DNA from: Lama guanicoe
Taxonomy: Eukaryota
Direction of reading: 5' to 3'
Length of the DNA stretch: 64,000 nt
NCBI GenBank assembly: GCA_013239625.1
Contig: MU053994.1
Span: 3,703,898 to 3,767,897 of the forward strand
Shown here: positions 38,739-49,904 of the stretch, piece by piece
Numbering within the stretch: the stretch's first letter is position 1
How the letters are laid out: each line of letters begins with the position of its first letter
The notes under the pieces: generated by a model
Told to the model about the DNA's origin: nothing
Databases searched by the model: none
What the model saw: the letters and a program-made list of their open reading frames with translations, nothing else
Made by a program: the position numbers and the translations under genes

Positions 38739-41602
38739 TGCTCCAATTTAAAAAAATAATTTTTGATTTTATTTTTAAGCCCGGCTTTCTGGGGTTGCTC
38801 CTTGGTTGGCATAGCTTAGCAGCTGGCCAGACTGGTCAGCTACTGTGTTTAAACACCTTCAGCCAGTAGGGCTTTTACCCTTTGCCAATGGATCTGTGTA
38901 TTTGGGAAATGACATTCAAAGTTTAAGCACTGTACAAGTTCTTTACAGCTTTCACTTTCTGTGCCTGCAAAGTTTCACATTCATCCAAGGACAAGTAGTT
39001 CACTAAGGCTCTCTCCAGTCTCTTTTGAGTGTAAACACATAGCCTTTCAGACCCTCAGGGATATCTGGGAGCGTTTCAAGGCTGACTTTGGCTGTCTTGA
39101 TCCCCAGATCTCACTGATAATTCTTTTTTTACCTTTCTACTGGTATACCCAACCAGTGTGGCAATCTCAGACTAGCTTTTTCAGTTCTCTTTGATTATTT
39201 GCTGCCAAGATTGCTATTGTTTTCAACAATGCCTCTGGGCATGGTTTTTTCTTCGCTTACTCCATATCCTGTCAGCCCCTCTAGCAATGGAGCTGCTGTG
39301 CTTCTGGCCTGCATTGCCCTTGTAGAACTACAGGTGCCCCAGAGCTGGGTGCCTCAGAGCTGGGATGTAGGGAATAGCTTCAGGCAAAAACATAGTAAAC
39401 TCTCCCAGTTCTTACTGAGATGCAGTAGTTTTTCTTGAATAAATGTTTATCTGTTTTTTGCTTTTGGTCAATTTCCAGATTCCAGAAATGGTTTTTTTTG
39501 ACAATTTTGTACAGTTTTATTGTAGTTTTTTGGGAAGCTCCTCACTCAGCTATTCTGGAAGTCCTGCCCCAGCAATGACCTTCTGTGGGTGTGTCTGCCG
39601 CAGACAACACCAAACTGGGAACAGAGCAGGTTCATATTCAGAGTAGTGTCTGCCCATCTTGGGTGGGGCAAGGGTAGAGCAAGTTCCACTGATATGTCTC
39701 TTTGATATCTCACCAACTTTCAAAACGAGACTTATAAAGGGACTGAGCATCCTGTATTCAGAGAGAGGATGAGCAATCAGTGCCCCAGAAGTTTGCCATT
39801 CTACATGGCAGTGAATGTGAAGGCTCGTGTGGATGGGGTCTCCACATACATTTGTGGAATAGTCTTCAGGATGGAAAATTGAGGAGGAGATGGAATGTTT
39901 TCCTTCATAAGATGTTAATTGTGGGAAATAAGAGGATGGAAAATCACCTTTGGAAGAAACTTCCAGCTTAAAAAAATTACTAAAGGATATGTTTTGCTTC
40001 CTCTTTACATATTTATACATTTATAAACTGTTGCGTGTCTATTGTTTGTCTCAGTGGTCTCTCTGGACCTGGCTAGCAATATACTCATGAAGTTGGTCAT
40101 CTTTCATAGTCAGAGGGAGTGATGGCTCCCGCAGTGTTGTGGGGTCTCTGAGTGTCTGTGTGCCATAGGGAACCCCTCCCACACAAAGCTTCTGGGGGTA
40201 CCAGAGTTGCTCTATGCAAATGAAGCTCTTTGATGTGTGTTTTCAATTAATCACTGACTCTTGCATAGAATGGATGAAGTTATTTTTTCCCCTTACCACT
40301 CTTAATTCACAGGTTATAATGCCAATGAAGGTTGGTTTTCTCTTGATGTTGCTTCTACTTTCATGCACTGTCTTTTGCTTATTTTACTAATTACCTGTAC
40401 AAGAACATGGTGTCTGTATCAGTCTAAAGGCATAGTTCTAAATTTAAAACCAACGTTGGAAATCAGTACTCCCCACAAGTGTGTGTCTTATGAATGAGGG
40501 TAAGCATTTAACCAATTACTATGCAGGAACCACATGCCTATTGCTGAACAAATGCCTGAAGGGAGCAACAACTTGCGTAACCCCATTTAAAAAAAGTAGA
40601 TGTGTTTTTATTTTCTCTTTCTCAGTTTTAGCTGGTATTTCAAAGAGAGATGTGATTCTGCAGCTTTGGGGAGCACCCATCTATTTCAGACAATTGTCAG
40701 AACCGAGAACTGGAGGAATTCAAGAAGAAGGCTCCAGTGCTCTGTTCTAAAAAGTATTGTTGAAGCAATGAGTCTTCATTTTTAACGGCAAGTTCTGTCC
40801 ATTTTGTGAGCAAATGTCATACTAAAAGACAGAAATACAGCTTAGAGAATAGCTTCAGAGGACAAATGGCAGGGGAGGTCCAGGCAGCTATAACTTAGTG
40901 CTTTAGTCATCTTTAATGGAAATGGAGCCTCTAGCCAAGCTTAATATATAATGTATCATAAAACATATGTGTGTCAGTCTCCCAGGTACGATAAATAGGA
41001 AAAACATAGACCTCAAAGGGAGGCTATGGCAGGCCTTACAGAGGGGCTCAAATTACTTGGCTTGTTGTGGGGGGTTGAAGGCTGTAGGGGAGGAATGATG
41101 TAATGTCTATTTTTAGTGTTTCTAAGAAGTGACTGTCTCCAGCCCCGTTCCAGTGGGTCATGGGAGGGGGAATGGGAAAGGGAGGGGCTGGATTTATAGA
41201 TCTGCATAGGAAAATTGAGTTGGGTGCCTGTTTTACAGATGATTAAGCTGTTTCTTTTTTATTTGGAGAGTAGTATAGCAGGGAAGAGATGGGATGTAAC
41301 TAGTTGATGGCATTTCAAAGAATGTCCACCACCTTTGTATCTTGCTGTTGCCTCATCCTCTCCCCCTGGCGAAATAATGGCCCAAGGCACCCTAGTAAGA
41401 ATGGCTGTCTCTGTCTCGATGCTCAAGAGCCCCAGGTAACTGTATCTCTCAGGGTGCCCTGAGACACCATCTGAATTTCCTGCTGTCCCAGCATGTTCTG
41501 CTCCCAGCTAGACAATCCTGCTTGGTAGATTCTTGTCCTTTTCCATTACTGAGCCTACTTCTTTGAGTGCCAGTTCCACCTATGAACTGAAAGACCTTGG
41601 GT

Positions 41603-42117
41603 TGTGAATGAAAAATGTTGCCTGCCATATCAGCAAAAGATGCCATGGCCATGAAGCCATCAGCCACTACCCTGGTGGTGAGCCTGAGGGAACTCAGGAT
41701 GGAGACAAATGCATTGCCTGCTGCCAAGTCCTTAGCCACTGCAGCCACCCCCAATGGTGCACCCCACTGGGACTCATGATGGGAAAGAAAAGGATACCGG
41801 CCCTAGATGACTAAGGTGCATATTTAAAGGAATGATTTCAATGAGCCCAGACTCTTGCATCTTCCCATCCAAAGAAAAGTGCTAAATTCATTAGCTTGAG
41901 ACTTCTGGTTTTCTATAATAACAGTAATCTTTTGATGTCCTGACTACCTGATTTTTGTTGGAAAACTCCTATATATCCTGGCTCTTCCCTTACCACTTCG
42001 GAGCAGTCCCTCAGAGCTATCTGACAAGCTGCCTCCTGGGCTTGAAATCCTCAGAAAGTCTGCTGAGTAAAACTTAATTCTTGACTTTCAGGTTGTGCTT
42101 TTTTTTTTTCAGTCAAT
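41603..42117 (+). mobile_element. ERV1-class solo LTR
   Basis: Begins TGTGAATG, TATA-like CCTATATATCC near 41968, AGTAAA poly(A) signal near 42066, ends TCAGTCAATA. Confidence 0.7.
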
Positions 42118-42287
42118 AAGTGTAACCTCTATGACTCTCAGTTTCCTAATCTGTATGATGGGAAGAATAAGCTATCTCTTTGTGACTCAAATATAAGTCT
42201 GCTGACTTCAACTCTACAGCGTGTTTTATGGCTCACCACAGGATCCCTACACTCAAAATGTCATCTCTGCTGTGTTTTTCCAAACTA

Positions 42288-42532
42288 CAGTTAACCCTTG
42301 AACAACCAGGGGGTCAGGGCTGCTGCTTTCTGCCCTTCTCCCATTAAGTCAAAGATTCCTCTAAAACTTTAGAGTTGGTCCTCCATATTCATGTTTCCAC
42401 ATCCGCTGTTCCACATCCACAGATTCAACCAGCCCTGGATTGTGTAGCACTATACTATGTATTTACTGAAAAAAAAAATTGCCCACAAGTGGACCTGGGC
42501 AGTTCAAATCCATGTTGTTCAAGGGTCAACTG
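42288..42532. mobile_element. Tigger2-family MITE (MER8-like), complete
   Basis: 19-bp TIRs CAGTTAACCCTTGAACAAC and GTTGTTCAAGGGTCAACTG (18/19), with a TA target duplication on both sides. Confidence 0.92.
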
Positions 42533-44689
42533 TACACCCTCTCTCTCCATAGAAAAGCCCACTGAAGTAATTTCCTACAAGTCCTTTCAAAATAGATCAA
42601 CCTGGCTCTATTCATCCCATTTATGCTAAGAATTCTCTATACTTGTGGATCTTTCTATCATTTGACCTCTCCTGAGTCTCAGCACCCAGGTTGGCATGTG
42701 CTCAAGCAGATACATGGGCACACACACGTGCATATACACATTCATGCTCATACATAGCATCACGGAGCACAGAGAGAGTGGCTCCTTATGTGATCCATGA
42801 TATGATTTGAAGTTGTACTGAGAACAGAGTCTTTGCCCTAAAATGAGGAAAGCAGCCCTTTATCCAACTTTAACAGACACACTCTTGATTTATGATGATT
42901 TTCCCATGCATCTTCTGCTAGGAACAACTAAATTATCCCCTCATACTTGGCATGCATGGGCACAGGTGAGGTAGCTGGAGACCAGGGGTGGGCTGCTATC
43001 AGGGGGGTAAATGGGCACCTAAGTCCAACCTGACTCATGTGCCCATGTTTCTTAGGATTGGCCCAGTCCCCACAGCTGTATCTGGTTTTTAGTTGTTGCT
43101 GTCACTTATGAATATTTAAGCATATCCACACTTGCCCAGTTTCTCAATGATTTTAAAAGCTCCTTCAGGGCCTGAGCCCTCCTTTCCTCCTTTTGCTGTC
43201 TCTTCTAATGTTGTCTACAGGGATATTTCTTAGGCAGAATAGCTTTAACTTTTGCCTGTGACCCAGTATAAGAAATACATTTTATACTTCAACTCAGTAC
43301 ATACATGCATGTATACAAATATATGAGTGACCAAAACAAGGCTTTTCCAAACTACACTAACCCTTCCTTTATGCCAGGTCAAATGCATTATGATCTATTC
43401 TATTGTGTTCTATCCCATTTTAAAAGGGTGCTTTTGACCCACTGTGGCAAAAATGTTTACCAAACCCATTTCCTCTTCTGGATACACAGCTAGTCTACAT
43501 TTTCCAGCCTCCCTCATGGTTTGATGTGGCCAAGGCACTGAATTCTAGCTAATAAAATGCGGTCAGGAGTGACAGGTGCCTCTTTAAGGTCTGACCTATA
43601 AATACCTTCCATGTGGGACCCACCAAACCTTTTCTCAGTCCACTGGCTTGATGTGGACAAAAGTGGCCATCTTGAAAGCCACACGTTTCAGATGGTAGTG
43701 CCTTAAGATGGAGCGAGCCTGAGCCCCAGGCCCTGAGTCTCTGGTTAGAACACCAATTTTGGACTTTATGTGAGGGACAAAAAAGCTTCTATTGTTTTGA
43801 ACCACTATACATTTCAGGTTTGTTTATCATAGCAGCTAGCATTATCCTAACTAATACACCCCCAATAAACTCATCAGTTGACTTGATACAGACCATTCTT
43901 TTTAATTTAAAGTTTTCTAAATAGAGAATTTCTGTAGCCCCTGACAGCTCTCTTTGATTTCTCTAAACCCACCAGCCCCATAAGCAGCACTTCGTAATTA
44001 AAGAAATTACAGCACAAGAAGCTGCTAAATAGATTGCTGGATGCAGTTGTCAGAATATGTCTATGGCAAGTATTTGGGTCCACTTTTGCAGGCCACTGGT
44101 ACTTAAGCCAATCATCTTGTGCTCACAGCACAGTGTTTCTAAAAATGGCAACTGTAGGTTGTGATAGTGACAAGTTTAACTTAATTAGTATGGGGATTTC
44201 TTACTATGGAATTTTGAATAAAGCAACTTCCCTGCCTGAGATGCAGAACAAGGAAAGGGACTGTTAAGAAGTCAAAGTACAACCTGTCCTTCCCCTTACT
44301 TCTACTTTCTGAGACCTTTGGGGTTTTATGGCCCCTGATTACTGCTCTTAAACTCTGGATAAACCCACAGAATGAAATTAGCCTGAACAGGGAACAGGCA
44401 TCCTGGCCAGCCACAGATTCCTTCATCCCTGGGGGAAATAATCAAGAGAAGAATCCACAGGCTTGTCATTCTTCAACTTCCTCCCTTCCTCCCTGCAGTC
44501 CTTCAGCCTTCCCTCTCCCTGTCTCCTTTCCTAGAATCCAAACTGAAAAAGTCTGGTGTTGCTAAAAGCCCTTGTTGGGCTTTTTCTTACACAGTGTTGA
44601 CTTGAGAAGAGTGGCTTATGTTTTCCACCTGTCATGTTCTTTCCCATCCTACTACGAGGGATACTAATAATACCCAAACTCTGTAAGTG

Positions 44690-44910
44690 CGAACACTTCT
44701 AATGTGCAGCCAGGGTTGAGAACCACCTTCGGAGTCTGCAGCCAGGTCAGTGCTTTTCAAACTTCCTGTGTGTATCAATCACCAGGGGAATCTTGTTAAA
44801 ATGTAGATTATGTTTCACTAGGTCTGGCCTGGGTCCAACATTCTGCACTGCTAACACACTCCCAAGTGATGTCTTTGCTACAGGTCTTTGGACCACATTT
44901 TGGGTAGCAA
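44690..44910. mobile_element. MER5-type MITE fragments
   Basis: GCAGCCAGGGTTGAGAACCAC; CAGTGCTTTTCAAACTT...GGACCACATTTTGGGTAGCAA. Confidence 0.75.
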
Positions 44911-46206
44911 AAAGCCAGGTGACCTGATCAGACTGCTCTTCACTATAGGATGCTGGATGCTTTCATCTGGCAGAATAAGAGGAGTCAGGGATCATTTTCT
45001 GGCTCTCATATTTATCTGGTGATCTAACTCTGTTCCACAAGGCAGGCATCGTGAGGATTAAGAATCATCTCCAGACAAGGAAGGATGCTTTTACCAGATT
45101 CTGACAGATTCTGGCTCTTAATTGCTAGGTACTTGGGTTACATGGTAATGATTTTGAGATTCTTTGTTTAGCTGGAATTAATTTTTTTTAGATATAATTA
45201 TCCCTAAACCTTCCTGAAACTTTCCCTTTGAAAATTTCTCTAATAAATGACCTACCCCACTGAATATTTTATACCATAATTTTATTGAAGAAATCATACA
45301 ATGTTGGCACTGGAAAGGCTCTTGGAACTCAGCTTATCTGCTACCCTGCACTTGGGGAGACTGGAGAAACTGCAGACTCATTCTTTGTGTTGAAGTATAA
45401 TCTTCAAAATGTTAAAAACATGACTCTCATGCAAATACAGAATGGACACGTGTCAAAAATTTTATTCATCTCATTAATTAATGAGGGAACCAGCAAGATG
45501 ATGAGGCTGATTTAAAGGACAGATATTTATACGTACTCAGTCAAAGAAATGCTGAAATGAATTTGCTAATAGAGCCAAAACTGGTAAATGTTTTATGGGG
45601 CTGTAAAATTGTAACCTGTGGGGTCACATTTTCTACTGGACAAAAAGCTGCAAATTAATATCCAACGTCACAGTCTTGGGGCCCCAATCAGATGGAAAAT
45701 ATCAAAGCCAAACGCAAGTGCATTCTTTCATACAAGCAAATAATTTGGGGGTGAGCCTGGTTAAAATAACATTGCAAGGATGTGCTGTCATTCTCCTGCT
45801 TAAGTTCCCAGTTTTGGATAATTTTTCTTAACACTAGACGGAAACTGAACCAGTACCAGGATCCCAGGATACTTTAAAACTTCCCTGTTCTTGGCAGATT
45901 AGCCATGACATCACTTTGGGCAGCTGTTTTGAAGTTCTTCTCTACTAAGACAATCATATCAAATGACAGCCACATGTGTGACACACTCTCCTGGGCTGGC
46001 CCAGGGTTATGTGGGGGCTCTAACGCCACCCTTTTTCTCCCACTATGGAAAGTATATGTGTATGTGTGACCCCGATGTTATTCGGAGGAATACAGGTATT
46101 CATAGATACTCTTTTCATTTAAGAAACTGTTCTTAAACTTTGCAATTTAAACGAGTATTAGTAAAAGCAAATTTCCTCACAACTCACATCAAAACTGACA
46201 TCAACA

Positions 46207-46265
46207 GCTGTACACCAGAAATTAACACAACATTGTAAATCGACTATACTTTAAAGAAAAAAAAA
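46207..46265 (+). mobile_element. About 60-bp L1 3' terminus with poly(A)
   Basis: GCTGTACACCAGAAATTAACACAACATTGTAAATCGACTATACTTTAAAGAAAAAAAAA, with an imperfect TSD AACTGACATCAACAG / AACTGACCTCAGCAG. Confidence 0.8.
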
Positions 46266-46279
46266 TAACTGACCTCAGC

Positions 46280-46865
46280 AGAGAATCCCGGATGGCGCCC
46301 GCCAGCCCAGCATCCATGTGGTAGAACGAGCTCCCAAGTATGGTTGCCACCGGCGTCTATGTCCCCAGGGTGTGTGTCAGCGCCCCACGGCCTTCCTGGG
46401 AGACTCTTCAAGTCCAGCAGGTAGGTCTGGCCCAGGCTCCTATCAAACAACTGCTTTTACCCTGGGTCCGAGCGCATGACATTTTGTCTGCACCTTTTAA
46501 AAGTGAGGTCTCTACTTCCCCCAGTCCTGTGAGGCTCCTGCAATGAAGCCCTGCTGGCTTTCAAAGCAAATGCTCTGGGGGTTCTTGTTCCTGGTGCCGG
46601 AGCCGGAGGTGGGGCTGAAAATTCTTATTCTTGTGGGACAACAGGGGGGACCGGGGAGGAGGGGGGTAGTGTACGGGACTTGATTGTACCATGATTCTAT
46701 CCCTCCTACCCTCTCCGTTTGGTTTTTCTTTGTCTTTAGTTGTAGATCTTTTCTGGTAGGTTCTGGTCTTTTGCAGTGATGGTTGTTCTGTAGATGTGAC
46801 TTTGGTGTGCTGGTGAGAGGAGGTGAGCTGGGGGGCTTGCTGCTCCGCCATCTTGGCAGCTCTCC
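46280..46865 (-). mobile_element. L1 5'UTR-only fragment at the edge of the CpG island
   Basis: 5' end CCAAGATGGCGGAGCAGCAAGCCCCCCAGCTCACCTCCTCTCAC; homologous to 60240-60830. Confidence 0.85.
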
Positions 46866-47571
46866 TGAGGTGATTTTGGATGAAATTCTGGATCCTTCTG
46901 GAGCCAACCAGTGGGATGGCCAGAGCTGGCCCTGTCTCCGCGCGGAGGCCCTCAGGTGGCCTGTCGACCTGAAGGACTTCTTACACCCTGAGCGCTATCT
47001 GTTGGACCGTGGGCAGAGCCCTCCTTCCTGGACGGGTCCGCCTCTTGCGAGCATCCATGGACTACAGACGCTCCTGCTGAAGTCCTGTCAGGGGCCAGGT
47101 GCCGCCAGGCCTCAGGGCTGCCCCCAGAGCCAGGACAGGGTGCCTCAGCTGGCTTAATCATTGCGCGGCAGGAAGAGAGACGATGTAGCGCCAGGTGGGC
47201 CCATGGGGGAGAGCGAGAGATGAGGGGGTCGCCTTGGAGGGGGCTGAAGGCCAGACAGGGGGAGGGAACGCAGGGTGGTCAGAAATGGGACTTTGAGGAA
47301 CCCAGGGCACCCGCAGCAGCACCCAGGCAGGGGTAGTGCGCCGAGGGAGCCCACGGCGTGGGTGCAGCGCCGCCGCCAGCCGCACGGGGGCAGCCCACGC
47401 GCCGGCTAGAGAGGCATCCGGGCAGCTGCCGCGTGGAAGCCTCCGGAAGAGCTTGAGACCAAACGAAGGCTGGCAGGGCGGGGCCGCGGGGCCTCTCTCT
47501 CCTCCCACCGCCCCTCTCACTGCCCTGAAGTCGTCCAGCCGAAGGTCTGAGGTGGCTGCTCCCGCTCTTAC

Positions 47572-47800
47572 CACAGCGTCCTCGTTCCATCCCTCAGGAA
47601 GGGAGGAAAGGAGAGGGGCAGGGCGCGCTGTTCAAGGACCGAAGCCGAGACCTCCTCTGCTGTTTCCGCTCACATCTAGAACCTGGTGGCCCCGCCACGG
47701 CTCAGTGCAGGGAAGCTGGCAAACCAGCCGGGTGCCCACTGTAAAGAAGGAGCTCAGACATCGGGGAGAGACAGCCGGCTGTGCCCAGGAACCAAGTGTG
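47572..47800 (-). other. Candidate first exon of an unidentified minus-strand gene (3' boundary exact, start approximate)
   Basis: ATGGAACGAGGACGCTGTG|GTAAGAG within the CpG island. The ATG at 47590 could be a start codon or a uORF. Confidence 0.5.
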
Positions 47801-47879
47801 CACCTGACGCTTTCGAGGAGGGAAGACCCGGCCTCGGTGTCCGCCCGGAAGATGCCAATAGGGCGGGTGAGAGCTGGAG

Positions 47880-48019
47880 GTGAGGCAGGGCCCCGACTTG
47901 GGCCGAGGCAGCAGGACGGGGAAGCCGAGACTGACCAGCGGCTACGAAGGCTGGGTGACAACCACCTTGAGGGCCGAGAGATCAGGAGAACACGAGTGTC
48001 CGTATCCTAGACGCCACAG
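47880..48019 (+). other. Candidate non-coding first exon of an unidentified plus-strand transcript (start approximate)
   Basis: Strong donor CCACAG|GTAAGA at the island's 3' edge, about 150 bp downstream of the CCAAT/GC boxes. No ATG in the interval. Confidence 0.55.
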
Positions 48020-48708
48020 GTAAGAAAGGGCTACGCTGTGTGCCCTGAATTGTTCGTGTGGCATCTTCCAGGAAAGAAGGAGGGTCACGTTGAGGATCAC
48101 GTGGGCTGAGCTCCACTCCTGCTGGTCCTCAAGCCCCATTTGACTTTCACACCAGCTTTGGGTGGCTGGTAATGCTGCTTCCATTTAGGCCGATAAGGAA
48201 GCTGAGGCTCTGATTTGCTCCAGCCCAGGTCCCCAGGCCCCATGTGCAGGACACCCGCTGCCTTCCCAAGGTGAAGGCTGCGACAGCCCAGCTGCAGGGT
48301 GCCCACTGGACTCTGCGACCCGAGCCACCAGGGACTGGTAGTGCCTGGGGGCAGCTTTCTAGCTCCAGGGCCTCTTCCTTCAGAAGACCCTACCTGAGGC
48401 TGTGGTTCAGACTTCCCAAAGTGAGAAATTTTTATGCTTTCAGAATGTCTGCTCCAGGAACTAAAGCTGCCCATAGCCCTGGCAAGTGCACTCCTAACTT
48501 TGTGATGGGTCTCTCATCCCTCCTTGTGTTCCTTAGTTTGCTGCAGTGAGACAGGGGCATTGAAGGCTGTGTAGGAATTTTCCAGGTAGAGGAAAGAACA
48601 TATGCAAAGCTGTCAGCCATCATTTTTTTCTTCTTTTTTTTCCTTTATTTTCTTTCAGGTGGGAAGGATATTATAGAGTGGGTGAAAAAGAATTTTATAT
48701 TTTTGGGT

Positions 48709-48845
48709 CAGGGCCAGGACTAGGGTGAGGCAAATGAGGCACTTACCTCAGGCACAAAACTTAAAGGGGCACCAAAAATCTTAGTAATCAAGATAAGCAA
48801 TATTTAGTTAAATATTTTATTTTTAAATCAAAATGAATGTTGAAC
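48709..48845. mobile_element. MER96B-like MITE, one arm
   Basis: CAGGGCCAGGACTAGGGTGAGGCAAATGAGGCAC...AGTAATCAAGATAAG. Confidence 0.85.
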
Positions 48846-49904
48846 CAAATATTGACAGAACATGTTGGTATATCAACATATTGGCATGGCATGGCGTGGT
48901 GTGAGGAATGTTGATTTATGAGAGCAAAGCTCCCACATGTTTTGCCAGATCTCATACTGCCTTGATTGAATTTGTTTCTGTTTCTTTGTATCTTGACTTG
49001 TTTTGTGCTGTGGCATCTCAAGTTTCATGTACTGGGCTTGACAGCAAAAAGTGCTGGAACATATGGAGTCTGACACCCATTGAGTGAATCCTAACCATTT
49101 GCAGCCCGACAATTACAGCCTGTGGTCACTAGGGACATGAGACAAGCTTCTAGTTCTTTATGTGGTGTCTGTCAAGCCTGTGTTCAACTCTCTAACAGGC
49201 ACGAGGATGCATTTTTCAAATTCTCTGGGTCACATGTCTCAGAGGCTTCCCTCTGCTGAGATGATGCTCAGTCAGGCTCACGATGGCTTCAGAATCATGG
49301 TAAACACCCTTTTCCTGGACATGTCCTGAAACTCAGGGGAGGTATTCCGTAACCACGGCCATGTCTGTACTCTGCGACCTCATCCCCTTGGCCATAGCTG
49401 ATGGGGAGGTAGAAACCCAGCTCCACTGAGGGAGGGGAGGTGCTCTCTCTTGGAAATTTGGACCTTGGAACAGAGACAGATAGCACTGGAGAGGTGTTGG
49501 CACCAAGTCCCTGCTGATCATTACTCTTTAGGGAGAAACTTGGTACATGCCTTCTCCTGAGGGCCCTGGAACTGCCCTAGGGCTAACAAGTCATTTGATT
49601 TTGTAAGATATGCTGTGTATTTTTCTATTAAATTTCACTCTACCTTTTGTTTGTTACTTTTGTCAAAGTTGGTTTCAGTTGCTTAAAAGTGAGAGAAAGC
49701 TTTAACTAATAGAGGCCTCCCCAAAGTAATTAAGTAGATGGAGGCTGAACTGTCTTGAGTGAAGGGACTTTGTTTCTAGCCTTAGCTCTGTCACTCATTT
49801 AATGTGACTTTGAATAAGCCATGTAAATTCTTTGAACCTTAAGTTCCTCTACCAAAATAAAAGCAGCTGGACTAGAGTCTTAAGTCCCCAAGGCAGTTTT
49901 AACA

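Larger units (their letters stand above)
34420..39565 (-). mobile_element. Ancient L1 5' half (5'UTR plus decayed ORF1) hosting multiple nested insertions
   Basis: ORF1 remnant TLRYLIVQVLKGKEKKKILKVAREKQSITY (35409-35618). 5' terminus GGACTTCCAGAATAGCTGAGTGAG near 39565. Confidence 0.75.
46930..48110. promoter_or_regulatory. CpG island, probable bidirectional promoter
   Basis: Non-repeat GC-rich, CpG-dense block. CCGCCC 47841, CCGGAAG 47845, CCAAT 47855, GGGCGG 47861. Outward donors GTG|GTAAGA (minus, after 47572) and CAG|GTAAGA (plus, after 48019). Confidence 0.8.

Noticed and set aside
44300..44382. 83-nt minus-strand exon candidate
   Set aside because: Plausible sites, but it gives an immediate stop after the exon-1 ATG frame and has no other support. 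It illustrates the pseudo-exon background.
46190..46865. Twin-primed (5'-inverted) L1 made of the short 3' end plus the inverted 5'UTR
   Set aside because: The order is wrong (the inverted part lies after the poly(A)) and the short piece has its own TSD, so these are two independent events.
47336..48010. 224-aa ORF and overlapping ORFs in the CpG island
   Set aside because: Low-complexity products of GC-rich, stop-poor DNA, with a GTG start and no domain.
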